From positions 480,001 through 544,000 of the forward strand of contig BK006936.2 in assembly GCA_000146045.2 (NCBI GenBank): DNA of 64,000 bases, given 5' to 3'. Of the stretch, positions 21,443 through 40,300 are shown one piece after another. The notes under the pieces are model-generated. The model was given only the letters and a program-made list of their open reading frames with translations, made no database searches and had not been told where the DNA came from. The position numbers were made by a program, and so were the translations under genes. This DNA is from TPA_inf: Saccharomyces. Its lineage: Eukaryota. Each line of letters opens with the position of its first letter. The first letter of the stretch is position 1.

Positions 21443-21803
21443 GCTTGGCAAAAGTTATGGAAGCAAAATGTAAGTGCAGCTTAGGGGGGACAAGGCTGAA
21501 GGAAAACTATTGTTTTTAATTACCACCTATTAGTATCTTAAAGCAAAGGAGCTAACCGAGATAATATCAATACGAAGTATGGTGAACTAACACTACCCTT
21601 ACTCCTGAATTACATAAATTAAAGCAGGCAACATGTCGAGATCCATTTACCATTGAAGAGTTCCAAAAAAAGGGTTCTTTTTTTATACATGTAGTTTTAC
21701 GGTGCGGCGCCGACACCCCGCTCGATCGATGACGCTGACTTGTGGTACTCAGGACGTATGGATAGTTATTTGTTGCCGCAGTATATAGTATACAATGCAG
21801 AAT

Positions 21804-24287
21804 TCACAGAGGCAGGGAAAAGGCTCTGCCACAGACATTATGTAGCGTGGAAACACTAGTCTTGACTCTGACATGAACTTCTGGAACATCTTCCTCGAGG
21901 TCTTCGTGCCTTGGCAATTCGTTAGAGGGTTCAAGCGCTTTAGTAGATTTGAGATCAAACATAGGCTTATTGATAGAATCTAAATGGTCCGGTTTGGCGG
22001 TTTCGCTGAGTCCGTGAATATCTTGTACGCTTTGCCAACCAGTTTCTAGATTGGATAGGAATCCCTGTTCTTCTTCGTTTTCAATGTCTTGGTCAAGATC
22101 AATTTGATTATCTAGCTTTTGATTGGTAGTCGCTGAATAATGTCGATTATGGGCTAAAGTTTTAGTGTCATCTGTAACTATAGACCTCGGAATAGTCATG
22201 CTTGCAGCAGTTACCGCCGAAGTGTAATTTGACAACATAAGGTATATGAAACTCTCCAAAGACCATTCATACCAAACTTTTTGTTCTGTATCGGAGTGTA
22301 TCCGAGACATCAGCACAGAAAGTTCGGAGTCATCTATAAAGGATATTGGTTGCTTCAAAGGAAAGATAATTGGAGACCACGAGGTCATATTTGGTGTATG
22401 GTCACATTTCTTGATTAGATTTTCTTCTCGTCTGGTATTCATCAACGTTTCTTCGCTAAATTTTAAACGGACTGTGCTGTCATTGGGCAAAGTTGACAAG
22501 AATATATTGTTATATAAGTTTGCCGAGAAGAATCCGATAAAGCCATGGATTTCGCCGCGGTGCTTTATCTTGAACTCATTTAATGAACTTTGAGAAAATT
22601 CAACTGTAAAATCATCTTCGTCTTGGACAGTATCTTTTTGGGCCATGGGATGCTCGAACCGCCACACTTCATTTACCCTTGAGGATAATATACAGTATGG
22701 CACTCTATGGACTATCCAGGGCGCCTCCAAAGAGCGATTTGTTTGTGAGAGTTTTTGGTAGAATAATGGTGACGAAATGGGTGCTATGTATGAAGAGTAT
22801 GACCTCGGTATGAAAATTGTGTCATTGTGGGAATGATATTTTTCAATAGACCAGAGACATTCTGGTGATAATTCATTGCAACCGAACGAACCCAGCAGTT
22901 CACTTATGCACAGATCTATCTGAATACGCTTTTCCGACGGCTCGTTGATTTGCCATTTGGTCATATCCTCCTTGATTAATTTCACTCTATTATCCCAACA
23001 GTCGAAATTTCTTTTTTGCAAGTACAGATATGCCTGTGGATTTTTTTCAATGGCAATTATAGAAACCTTACTATCCATAAACAACATTGATATTATCTTA
23101 AAAGTTCGATCCACTAAAGGTCCTCTTCCCGCACCGGCTACTAGGATCACCAACGGTCTCTTGGCACTCGCTCGAGGAGCAAGATCTTGAAGCGCCTCTA
23201 ATATGGCAGATTCGTAAAGATCGTACTTCACCAAATCTTTTTCAAAAGTCAAATATGTGGAATTTAATAAATTATCTGAATGAGGTTTCAGAGGCGGCAT
23301 TATCCGAGAGTCCTCTTGGAGCAAAAATTGGTGATTACTATTGGAATTTAATACTTTGTCGCCCTTTTTCAATAAGTAGTTTATATATTCCAAATAGGCA
23401 GATTCTCCGCCCTTAACATTATTGGCATATTTCTCCATCCCATGCAATATCACGCATAATTCATTACCCAAAATTTGTGAATCTCCATTAACCTTTTGGA
23501 ACTTTAAAATCAAATTCTGGTTAAACTTGTGTAAAACGGGATAATCGTACTGATTACTGGCAAAGATGGATGAAGATACCAAAAGACACGAGACGGGTTC
23601 GGCTAACCATCTATTCAGCACATACGAAGGAGTCCTGGTTCTTGGCAAAGCCAAAGAGATAGTCAAAGAGGGATGATATTCGCATTGTTTCCGCACGGTA
23701 TTCCACAGTTCCCAAGTGGCCAATGGATCGCTGTCTTCGTAAAGTGGCAGAGAAATGGATATGGTTAACGCAGGCGCAGCAAAGACGATGCGATTTTGCA
23801 GGAGCCTGTAAATCATCTGTCCATACAATTGCAGGTTGGACAGGTCCCGTGGAGGCGCCAATATTAGCTTATTGATTCCAACAAACCTCGCGTACTTACA
23901 TTCGTTTAGAAGGACCTTTAAGCCAAGATCTCTTACATTTGGATCGCGACTCTCCAGCTCCAGCCAAGAGGATAACAGCCCTATGTAAGACGGCGTATCG
24001 TCATTGTCTAGCTTCTTGACGTTGAACGGGGGTATACAGATATCCTGCAACTGCGGTTCAGGAATTTGAAGCGGTTTCCAGTTCTGTATGGATTGTCTTT
24101 GGAAATCTTTGAAAACTTGCCCAACTATTTCCTTATATCTTGGCGTTGTTATAGGAAGCAAAACGTAATCATAGTTACTAGGCAGTTCTGGTGAATGACT
24201 AGAGACATTTTCTAGGAAACGTGACTTTTTGCTGTGCTGTTTATGATTAAAGCCTGGTTTGACACCAACAAATACGTTGCTATGCAT
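21804..24287 (-). CDS. HSL7: PRMT5-family protein arginine methyltransferase that regulates Swe1, 827 aa
   Basis: It carries SAM-binding motif I ([14 protein letters not shown]). The true start is [22 protein letters not shown]... The track ORF extends 29 codons upstream through a (CA)n repeat, which is not real. Confidence 0.9.
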
Positions 24288-24644
24288 ATGCAAACTGAAC
24301 CCTTTGTATATATAAAAATTATATGTATAAAAGAAGAGGAACGTCCGCACAATTCCACACACACACACACACACACGCTTTCACACACGCAATTTGAAAT
24401 AGCTCCTATAGGGCTTGGGAATAGGATCACAAGTCACTCGAAATATACCATTTTTTCTATCACACATACACATTGTATAAAGCCATTTGTTTCAAAAAAA
24501 TATAAAAACACTGCGCAGCGTGCTGTTTCGGGTTCCATTTGTGATTGTTTATTTTTCTTTTGGTTTAGCTCAGTGCAAAACGAGGGCTCGAAGAATTTTC
24601 AGATAAAACAGTACTCGAGCCCTGAGATCTGTTTTAGGGTCTAA
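24234..24644 (+). CDS. Dubious ORF (YBR134W-like), 136 aa, in the HSL7/CKS1 divergent promoter and overlapping the HSL7 start; unlikely to be coding
   Basis: The ORF runs through the (CA)n microsatellite, which it translates as HTHTHTL, and shows no conserved features. Confidence 0.15.
24355..24392. repeat. (CA)n dinucleotide microsatellite of about 10 units with degenerate flanks, in the HSL7/CKS1 intergenic region
   Basis: The sequence reads cacacacacacacacacacgctttcacacacgc. Confidence 0.9.
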
Positions 24645-24853
24645 AAGGCGGGTTATAAAAATATGTCAGGTGATTTTTTTTTCTCGTGGTATGAGATAAA
24701 TAAAGAATGGAGCTTTTATGCATGAAAGGACAGCGGATGGCAGTAGAGCAGACATCAGTAGCATTCATTACAACTCTGTCGTAAGTTCTTGGAACTGCTG
24801 GCCGCGTTGGATACAACTAGATTGACACGCACTTACTCTCGTCTTACAGTACT

Positions 24854-25306
24854 ATGTACCATCACTATCACGCCTTCCAAGGCAGAAAGCTTACTGACCA
24901 AGAAAGAGCACGCGTGTTGGAGTTTCAAGATTCCATTCACTATTCTCCGCGGTACTCAGACGATAACTATGAGTACAGGCATGTGATGTTACCTAAGGCC
25001 ATGCTAAAAGTTATCCCATCTGATTACTTCAATTCGGAAGTGGGGACCCTGCGTATATTAACAGAAGACGAATGGAGAGGCCTCGGCATCACACAGTCTT
25101 TGGGGTGGGAACATTATGAATGCCATGCGCCAGAACCACACATTTTGCTATTCAAAAGGCCGCTGAACTACGAGGCCGAGCTGAGGGCAGCGACCGCTGC
25201 TGCTCAACAGCAACAGCAACAGCAGCAACAGCAGCAACAACAACAACAGCAACATCAAACACAATCGATTTCGAACGATATGCAAGTTCCACCCCAAATC
25301 TCCTAG
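24854..25306 (+). CDS. CKS1: Cdc28/CDK regulatory subunit with a C-terminal polyQ tract, 150 aa
   Basis: The Cks fold signature is present ([48 protein letters not shown]...[13 protein letters not shown]), followed by about 16 Q encoded by mixed CAA/CAG. Confidence 0.95.
25196..25262 (+). repeat. Mixed CAA/CAG trinucleotide tract encoding the CKS1 polyQ
   Basis: The sequence reads caacagcaacagcaacagcagcaacagcagcaacaacaacaacagcaa. Confidence 0.9.
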
Positions 25307-25607
25307 CTTTGATATACTCTAATTACTGAAATTGAATTCCTTTTCAAGGCTCCATAACTATATGGAGCATACTATGTACTTATCATAATAAAGAATAAAC
25401 AAACAAGCAAACAAAAAAAAAAAAAACTATGGATCATAGTTTTCACCAACAAGCATTAGAATACAAATAAAATTTATATAGTGAATATCCTTCAAATAAA
25501 TTTCTTCTTTCCCTTATAAATCAAATAGATGGAACGCACGCTCCAAAACTAGTCAACTAGAAAAAAATACCCGCCGACGGACAATTTTGAAGAGAGATGA
25601 TTAATGA

Positions 25608-32774
<7,167 letters not shown>

Positions 32775-33043
32775 CGACTTTCCACCATTTTCGGCAACAG
32801 ACGAACTTCCTCTTGATCTAACCATCACTGCAGGTGCTTTTCTCCGGCGGAGTTAATAGATACTTATCCCCGCTTCATGTCATACTATCTCTCTTAACAG
32901 GGATGTTGACACCATATAAGTTAACATAACATATACGTACGTAATAATATTAAGGACTATCTCGCATTTCAAAAGAGAAACAACCTAATCAAGCCTTATT
33001 ATAAGAGCAAATTATTCAAAAAAAGTCTACGGAGAAAATTATT

Positions 33044-33583
33044 ATGGTGGTTTTAGACAAGAAGTTATTGGAAAGATTGACTTCTCGTAAGGTTCCCTTA
33101 GAAGAGCTCGAAGATATGGAAAAACGATGCTTTTTGTCTACTTTTACATATCAAGATGCCTTTGATTTGGGGACTTACATAAGAAATGCAGTTAAAGAAA
33201 ATTTCCCCGAAAAACCAGTTGCAATTGATATCTCCTTACCAAATGGGCATTGCTTGTTTCGCACAGTGACCTACGGTGGCAGTGCATTGGACAATGATTT
33301 TTGGATCCAGAGAAAGAAGAAGACAGCGCTTCGATTTGGTCATTCAAGTTTCTATATGGGCTGCAAGAAAGGTGACAAAACACCGGAGGAAAAGTTTTTT
33401 GTGGACTCAAAAGAATACGCTTTCCATGGAGGTGCTGTCCTAATACAATCGGAGAGAAGTGACTACCCCTATGCCTGCTTAACTATAAGTGGATTGAAGC
33501 AGGAAGAAGACCATTTAATGGCAGTCAGCTCTTTAATTGCATTTGCTAATGAAAGTCTAGAAGAAGATTTGAATTTGGATTGA
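33044..33583 (+). CDS. Uncharacterised UPF0303-family cytoplasmic protein, 179 aa (YBR137W)
   Basis: The full 179-aa ORF reads MVVLDKKLLERLTSRKVPLEELEDMEKRCF... Its length and position match YBR137W. Confidence 0.8.
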   Translation: MVVLDKKLLERLTSRKVPLEELEDMEKRCFLSTFTYQDAFDLGTYIRNAVKENFPEKPVAIDISLPNGHCLFRTVTYGGSALDNDFWIQRKKKTALRFGHSSFYMGCKKGDKTPEEKFFVDSKEYAFHGGAVLIQSERSDYPYACLTISGLKQEEDHLMAVSSLIAFANESLEEDLNLD

Positions 33584-33761
33584 GAATGTAGGTAGAAGTA
33601 AAATAGAGGCTTGAACACCATAGAATATTTTTTACCCGTTACTAGTATAACTGTTATTTAGTCGTAAGCTTTTCATATATATATTGATTGTTTTGCCCTT
33701 GAAAAAATACACAGCACCAATGCAGTCCTGTTTGTTTTAGTGATCTCTTAGCAATGTATTT

Positions 33762-35336
33762 TCAAGGTTGAAAATTTAAACGATCACTATTTTGATTGCG
33801 TAAGAAATGCGGAAGTAAACCATTTATTCTCCACTTCCACTTCAATTTTCTTCTTGCTTCCAAAAACCAATTCATTGATTTAGAGCCCATTGCATCTTTA
33901 TTAAAATGATGTTTGATTGACTTATCATTTTCTAGCAATTGCAACTGCAATCGTTCTATTAGTTCCTTAGAGAAGCTGTCCTTTTTTTTTGATATTTCCT
34001 TTTTAAGGTCGATCTTGTTATCTTCTATGTGCCTATTTATTTTTTTTGGAACATCTGTCGATAAATGAAACGGTTCTGCTGAATTCTCTAGATCACTAAA
34101 AGTACCGCTGCTTAGATTTGATTCATCCATAGATGATTCGAACTCGCAGTTCTCAAAGATTTTAGCGGCTTCTTCATATCTAACTGTGCATTGCTCACAT
34201 ACAATTTCTTTATAGTATCCTGAATTTAAAAGTCTCGAGCTAATTTCATATAGGGCCTTTTCGCAGATGACACATTTCCTCAGTTGGGAATGAACATTTA
34301 ATTCCGATAGATAAAGATCATCGTAACTTTTATTGGAAGATGGAATATTAACCAAGTTAACCACCATATTTTCAATGGAATTTGGTATGGAAATATCACT
34401 TATTTCAATTTCCTCTTTGATAAAATCTAAGGGGTTGTTACTTTCGTCCCTATTTTCTTCAGTATTCCTTAATATATGGGGTATCAGTGTTAGTGAATTC
34501 GGTTCAAAGCTATTTCTATTGGTTTCCTTATTAATTTCAGAATATGAATTTTTTACTCTCAGCGGGATATGATTATCTCTTCTTTTACTTAGTTTTGATT
34601 TCAAATCTGAAATAGATACCATTTTTTTTGTTGATTTACTTTGGGTATACGGTATGTAGTCTTCAACCAGGACTAGCGGTGGTATATCCTGAGAAGTATT
34701 TTCTGTTAGCTCGTAGTTTTTTGTATCTAAACTCGGCCCATAACTGACGTACCTATTACGTTTGTTGTTATGCACTCGCAGTTCATTTACAGGATTCAAC
34801 CTGGGCCGTTTTTTATTGTTGTTGTATTCGTTGTTTCCACTGTCATCTTCATTAGTTTCGATATTGCATGGAGGCGCAATTGGCAAAGACGTAAAGCTCT
34901 TGTCATCAATTAGATCTAATTTGGAAACAGATTGGTACAATTTGGATGGAATTTTAGGCTTGGCACCTATCAATTGTGAGCGACGCTTTCTTACATTCAA
35001 TAACTGTTGGTTCTGATTTTCACTTTGACTATTGCCTTGGTATGGAGAATTTCTCTGCAATGGTTTTGCCTGCTTCGAAGGAGTGCTGTTACTATCGAAG
35101 ATAAATTCCTTCTTTTCAAATTGCCATTGTAACATGGAGTTATTCTCTATATCCTGGACGACTGGAGGAGTCAAGGGCCTGGAAAGTACGGATCCTGTAG
35201 AAATATCACTGGCAATTATACTGAGTTTATTGTTGGTGTTGCTATTCATATTTGAGCTGGTATTGGACGAAAGCAAGGATAATGAGTTTGTGTCTACTGA
35301 CTCCAACACCCTAGGCTGGATTTGATCTTTCTCCAT
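33762..35336 (-). CDS. Uncharacterised S/N-rich protein with a C-proximal CxxC...CxxC zinc-ribbon-like motif, 524 aa (YBR138C)
   Basis: The 524-aa ORF is low-complexity in its N-terminal part. The segment RKCVICEKALYEISSRLLNSGYYKEIVCEQC is encoded around 34180-34285. Confidence 0.8.
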   Translation of the reverse strand: MEKDQIQPRVLESVDTNSLSLLSSNTSSNMNSNTNNKLSIIASDISTGSVLSRPLTPPVVQDIENNSMLQWQFEKKEFIFDSNSTPSKQAKPLQRNSPYQGNSQSENQNQQLLNVRKRRSQLIGAKPKIPSKLYQSVSKLDLIDDKSFTSLPIAPPCNIETNEDDSGNNEYNNNKKRPRLNPVNELRVHNNKRNRYVSYGPSLDTKNYELTENTSQDIPPLVLVEDYIPYTQSKSTKKMVSISDLKSKLSKRRDNHIPLRVKNSYSEINKETNRNSFEPNSLTLIPHILRNTEENRDESNNPLDFIKEEIEISDISIPNSIENMVVNLVNIPSSNKSYDDLYLSELNVHSQLRKCVICEKALYEISSRLLNSGYYKEIVCEQCTVRYEEAAKIFENCEFESSMDESNLSSGTFSDLENSAEPFHLSTDVPKKINRHIEDNKIDLKKEISKKKDSFSKELIERLQLQLLENDKSIKHHFNKDAMGSKSMNWFLEARRKLKWKWRINGLLPHFLRNQNSDRLNFQP

Positions 35337-35663
35337 CCTTTAATTTTAACCTTTTAATTAGTGGTTGGATCAAGTTTTCGAGACTATTCCAATCTGTGAC
35401 TTGTTGGATAAATAGTTTTTGACTCGTTTAGTATAATCCTTTTTTCTAAAAGTGCTTAGAGTTCTCTAAGATGTTCTTGTTTACAATGTGAGCGATTTAG
35501 GAAATTTCCTAAAAATGGCCGAGGCGGCGCTAGCATTCTACGAAAGGTGAGATAACGCTTCGTTATCGAAAAATGTCAGGGGACAGGGGTTATATAAGAA
35601 CGAAAATTGTCATCCTGCATTTTTTCTTTAAAACAGCTATACAAAAAGTGATACCGACATACA

Positions 35664-37190
35664 ATGAAGTATCTAAACTTAGTTTTCGTGCTTCAGCTTC
35701 TTATTAGCATCAAATACGCCTCATTCGGCCGAGCCTTTTCTCTTTTTGAAGATGATACCACCTTTGCCAATTTGGATAAACAGCTAAAGCTTCCACAGAA
35801 TACACAGCAAACCCTTAAATTGGACCGTTTGAATCACGATGATCCGCTGTTTACAACTTTTATTTCTTCTGTGGACACAGATTACAGTTTGAGACTTAGA
35901 ACAGTAGATCCTTCTAAACTAGGAATTGACACCGTAAAACAATGGTCGGGTTACATGGACTATAAGGATTCCAAACACTTTTTTTACTGGTTTTTTGAAA
36001 GTAGGAACGATCCTGCTAACGACCCAATTATTCTTTGGTTAAATGGTGGACCTGGTTGTTCCTCGTTTACTGGGTTGCTATTTGAACTAGGCCCCTCATC
36101 AATTGGCGCCGATATGAAACCAATCCACAATCCCTATTCTTGGAATAATAACGCTTCAATGATCTTCTTAGAACAGCCACTCGGAGTCGGCTTTTCCTAT
36201 GGTGATGAAAAAGTCTCCTCTACAAAATTAGCAGGCAAAGATGCGTACATTTTCCTGGAATTGTTTTTTGAAGCTTTTCCTCATTTACGCTCCAACGATT
36301 TCCACATTGCAGGCGAATCCTATGCAGGACATTATATCCCTCAAATTGCACATGAGATCGTTGTCAAGAACCCTGAAAGAACGTTCAATTTAACTTCAGT
36401 TATGATTGGTAATGGTATCACAGACCCTTTGATTCAAGCAGATTATTATGAACCAATGGCATGCGGGAAAGGGGGCTATCACCCTGTTCTCTCATCAGAA
36501 GAATGTGAGAAAATGAGTAAAGCTGCAGGTCGTTGTCGTAGGTTGAACAAGTTATGTTATGCTTCTAAATCAAGTTTACCATGCATAGTCGCCACTGCTT
36601 ACTGTGACTCTGCACTTTTGGAACCGTACATTAACACAGGACTCAACGTCTATGACATTAGAGGGCCCTGTGAAGATAATAGTACTGATGGTATGTGTTA
36701 TACAGGTCTCCGCTATGTCGACCAGTATATGAATTTTCCTGAAGTTCAAGAAACGCTAGGGTCCGACGTGCATAATTATTCTGGCTGTGATAATGACGTG
36801 TTCACCGGATTTTTGTTTACGGGCGATGGAAGTAAACCATTTCAACAATATATTGCTGAATTATTAAATCACAACATTCCGGTATTAATATATGCGGGTG
36901 ATAAGGATTATATTTGTAATTGGCTGGGAAACCATGCTTGGTCCAATGAGTTGGAATGGATCAATAAACGTAGGTATCAGAGAAGGATGTTAAGACCATG
37001 GGTCAGTAAAGAAACAGGTGAAGAGTTGGGACAAGTCAAGAACTATGGCCCTTTCACCTTTTTGAGAATATACGATGCCGGTCATATGGTGCCCTATGAT
37101 CAACCGGAGGCAAGTTTGGAAATGGTCAACAGTTGGATTTCCGGTAATCGTGCTTTTTCGGATCTTTCCACCTTGGAAAATGCTAGTTAG
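35664..37190 (+). CDS. ATG42: Vacuolar serine carboxypeptidase (S10 family, CPY paralog), 508 aa (YBR139W)
   Basis: An N-terminal signal peptide is present. The S10 active-site motif is GESYAGHYIP and the catalytic His context is DAGHMVP. The length matches YBR139W. Confidence 0.85.
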   Translation: MKYLNLVFVLQLLISIKYASFGRAFSLFEDDTTFANLDKQLKLPQNTQQTLKLDRLNHDDPLFTTFISSVDTDYSLRLRTVDPSKLGIDTVKQWSGYMDYKDSKHFFYWFFESRNDPANDPIILWLNGGPGCSSFTGLLFELGPSSIGADMKPIHNPYSWNNNASMIFLEQPLGVGFSYGDEKVSSTKLAGKDAYIFLELFFEAFPHLRSNDFHIAGESYAGHYIPQIAHEIVVKNPERTFNLTSVMIGNGITDPLIQADYYEPMACGKGGYHPVLSSEECEKMSKAAGRCRRLNKLCYASKSSLPCIVATAYCDSALLEPYINTGLNVYDIRGPCEDNSTDGMCYTGLRYVDQYMNFPEVQETLGSDVHNYSGCDNDVFTGFLFTGDGSKPFQQYIAELLNHNIPVLIYAGDKDYICNWLGNHAWSNELEWINKRRYQRRMLRPWVSKETGEELGQVKNYGPFTFLRIYDAGHMVPYDQPEASLEMVNSWISGNRAFSDLSTLENAS

Positions 37191-37349
37191 TAGTGCTCTA
37201 AAAATGTTTCACTCTTAACCTTGCAATCATTATACTTTACACAAATCTCTACGTTTCATTTAATTTAAAATCTACAATCCAACAAATATAAAACAAAATA
37301 TAATTATAAGGAAAAACGTATATAATCACTGCAATACTCTAATTTAAAA

Positions 37350-40300
37350 TTAGGAGCACGACATTCTTGCCAGTATCATTGTTGCTAATCTTTTTCTCTC
37401 ATAAATTGCCACTTGATGTTCACCCTCTCCTTTTAACTTTTCTATATGTTCCTGATCAAAAATATCCAGAGGCTTCACAACTGACAAGCCTCTCTTTTTT
37501 AAAAGTTCGACCATTTCATCATTAAATTCCTCTAGGTAATTAAACTCACTGTGTGTAACAAGCATCCCAATCAATTCAAAAGAGACAGCAACCGCTTCAG
37601 ATGATTGTTCTAGGGTTGATAACCTCCTGAATTCCTTTCTAGTCAGCGTATAGAACCTGAATACACAAATAGGGTTGACTTTGAGCAAATACCTCATCAA
37701 TAGAGCAAAACGGAATTTACATGGTTCGTCTGACATAACACAGCTAAACAAAAGTGCTCCTTGGTATAAGACTATATTAGATTTATCTGAGTCTGAACTT
37801 AGCCAGTTGATCAAAGTAAGTGGCACTTTTAGTGTATTATTTAAAGGTACCAGTTCATCTTCGAAGCCGACTTCAAGTAACAAGGTAGAAAGTTGTTCAG
37901 GACTTAAGACCAAATGGAGTAAGAAAAGGTAACAAAGATAATCGGAGGATTTTGGGTTGGACTTTCTTTCGTAATATGTATTCTTGAAAAGGGCCTGTAG
38001 ACAATCTAATGCGGCTCCTTTTACGACAGGAATGGATAAACCGTTTGCAATGAAACCTAAAATAATATGAGGAAAATTATCTTCGTTCCATATGCATCCA
38101 TTGTATGACTCTAACTTAGCCAAAAGCGTAGCAGCAAAATTTCTAGATTCCATTAATTTTTTGGCTAGCGATTTGCCATCGAATCCAAGTTGAAGATGGA
38201 CCGTGTACAGTCGCTTCAAACAATTTACCATGAACAGGAGACCACCTTCAAAGAGTAAAGGATGAGGGGATTCAACACATATTGTAGCAAGCCAAAATAG
38301 CTCTTTCATTAATTCTGAAGAAGGATCTAACCCTTCGACAATTTTGCTGTAAGTAAAGACATGAGCTATAATGATGAACATTTGTTCATCATCCACAACT
38401 GGCTCTGCGAAGACCTTCATGGTTTCAACTAAAAGTTCTTTACAAAGGAAAAGGGACGTGTGCGACTTACTCATTATACCTAGAATCATCATAGCTCTCG
38501 CAGAGAAGAACGACCGATGGCCAAAAATCGCATCCATCAAATATTTCTTATATTTTGCCTCCCATTGTGCACCCTCTGAAATAGAACCATATTCCATCAA
38601 TAGCATAATGTTTTTAGTGAAGAGATCTAATGTTCCGAATTTACTGGAGAAGGAGGAAGCGGCAAAATTTGGTAAAACTCTACCTTTTTCTTGGCTAAAA
38701 CCGGAGATAAAGTTCAACTTTTGACGTGCGAATGTTGCACAGACGATATCCAAATTTTTCCTATTCCTTTCAGGTAAGGACTCATTGTTGGTTAAAGAAT
38801 GACAAACATTCATCAACAACTCGTACAATGAGACTCTTATTTCCGAAGGACCGACATCAATTAACAGAGACACAGCGAAAAGAATCTCCGGTAAATACAT
38901 CTGGGAAAGTAAGGGTGATTCAAAGAAAATTGACACACTAATTTTTGATAAAATAGTAAGCTCAGACCAACTGTGTGCGGAAGCCTCAACTGCTAGAGAA
39001 GGTAGAAAAGATTTGATCATATTTATTAGCTTCTCTATTACCTGACAAGCAATCTCTGTCGTTGGAAAACTGGTTAGTATTGACACAGCTTTCATCCAGT
39101 CTCTGTTTTCTGAATCTCTATCCAGCGCATGACTTACTATTTCTTCAACTATCACGTTCGTGAGACGACCATCCAATGCCAGTAAAAACCAAATCTGTTG
39201 AAGGTAAGCTGTCGTGAAATTTGGCTCTTTGACCGTCAACCTGATTAAGCTATAGATTATACGTGAAATCGCCTCTGGTCCCTCTTCGTCATTTGCCAAA
39301 TATACATGTTCATATAAGTTTGGTACCCAGTATGACAATGAACAGACAACCGTAGGAATATGTTCTTGAGGAATCACGTCGTTTTCAAGGCCATCCAGCA
39401 TATATTTCCATATATATGGAGTTAGTTCCGTTGAAGATTCTGAAAAAGCCTTGAAAATTAGGGCCAAGAACGTGGTGGTATCATCGGGTACATATGTCTC
39501 TGGGGATTTGTGAAGCCTTGTCCCAAAATCTAAATTAAATGCTTCTTGCGTTGCCACGAGAAGGTTGTATGATATGTTTTTGACGAGATCATCCTCATTG
39601 AATAAACCTACAAGGATCACCAATGACAAATGTGATATAATTTCACCAACTTCTTTAACATTGCAGTAAGAAGCATTAACTGCTGAAGAGGATGTTGAAA
39701 ATGAAATATCGTTCGAAAAATCCGTACCAAAGTCTTCTTCCATCTTTAACTGGGCATAATAAAACATTTTCACAATTTCTAGGTACTTCGGACTGCAAAA
39801 TACCAACTTTTCTTCATTATCAAGACTTAACGTAAATTCCGAGGAAACGCCTGTGGTGTTAGAGACATCGACTGAAATTAAATTTGATATCTTGTAAACA
39901 TTGTTGAATTTGATGCTGAATGTCCTGTTTGATACGGTAACCTTGTACAACTGCGGAATCTCATGTAAAACTTGGAAGTATTTGTTTCCTATCTTCAAGG
40001 ACACGGGACAAAACTTCTTTTTTTCCTTGTCATAAAGGGTAATATCATGCAAAGTAACTCTTACATCTTTCAAAACTTCCAAACTCCTACCACTCAATCC
40101 TAAGGACTTTATCAAACTTTGGTCAGTATTGCTGTTGATGAAACAACGGGGAATTGTAGTGACCAAGTACGGATTTTCTACAGTATATGATGAGGCCCAT
40201 TGGTCCATAAATGATTTGTTGACGTTGAAGTAATAACATCCCATACAATTACTTGATGCTTGCTCTGGTATCAAACTGAAAAATAGAGTAGTCAATTTTT

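Noticed and set aside
24288-24374. A 29-codon N-terminal extension of HSL7 ([12 protein letters not shown]...) and similar upstream extensions of PTC4, SHE3, AGP2, OPY1, MRPL36, MRPS9, YSW1 and TFC1
   Set aside because: The ORF track accepts TTG and GTG starts and takes the longest ORF. Each extension starts at a non-ATG codon or runs through promoter repeats. Trimming to the first ATG reproduces the known protein length exactly in every case. GRS1 is the one exception where the upstream TTG is real.
24908-24916. An ACGCGT (MCB) hexamer near the start of CKS1
   Set aside because: It lies inside the CKS1 coding sequence, codons 18-20, and not in a promoter. It is probably a chance match.
24841-25262. 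Apparent 1-2 nt mismatches between my hand-indexed sequence and the ORF-track frames around CKS1
   Set aside because: These are almost certainly my own counting errors in repetitive text (caca and caacag runs), not real frameshifts. The track translation is continuous and matches full-length Cks1.
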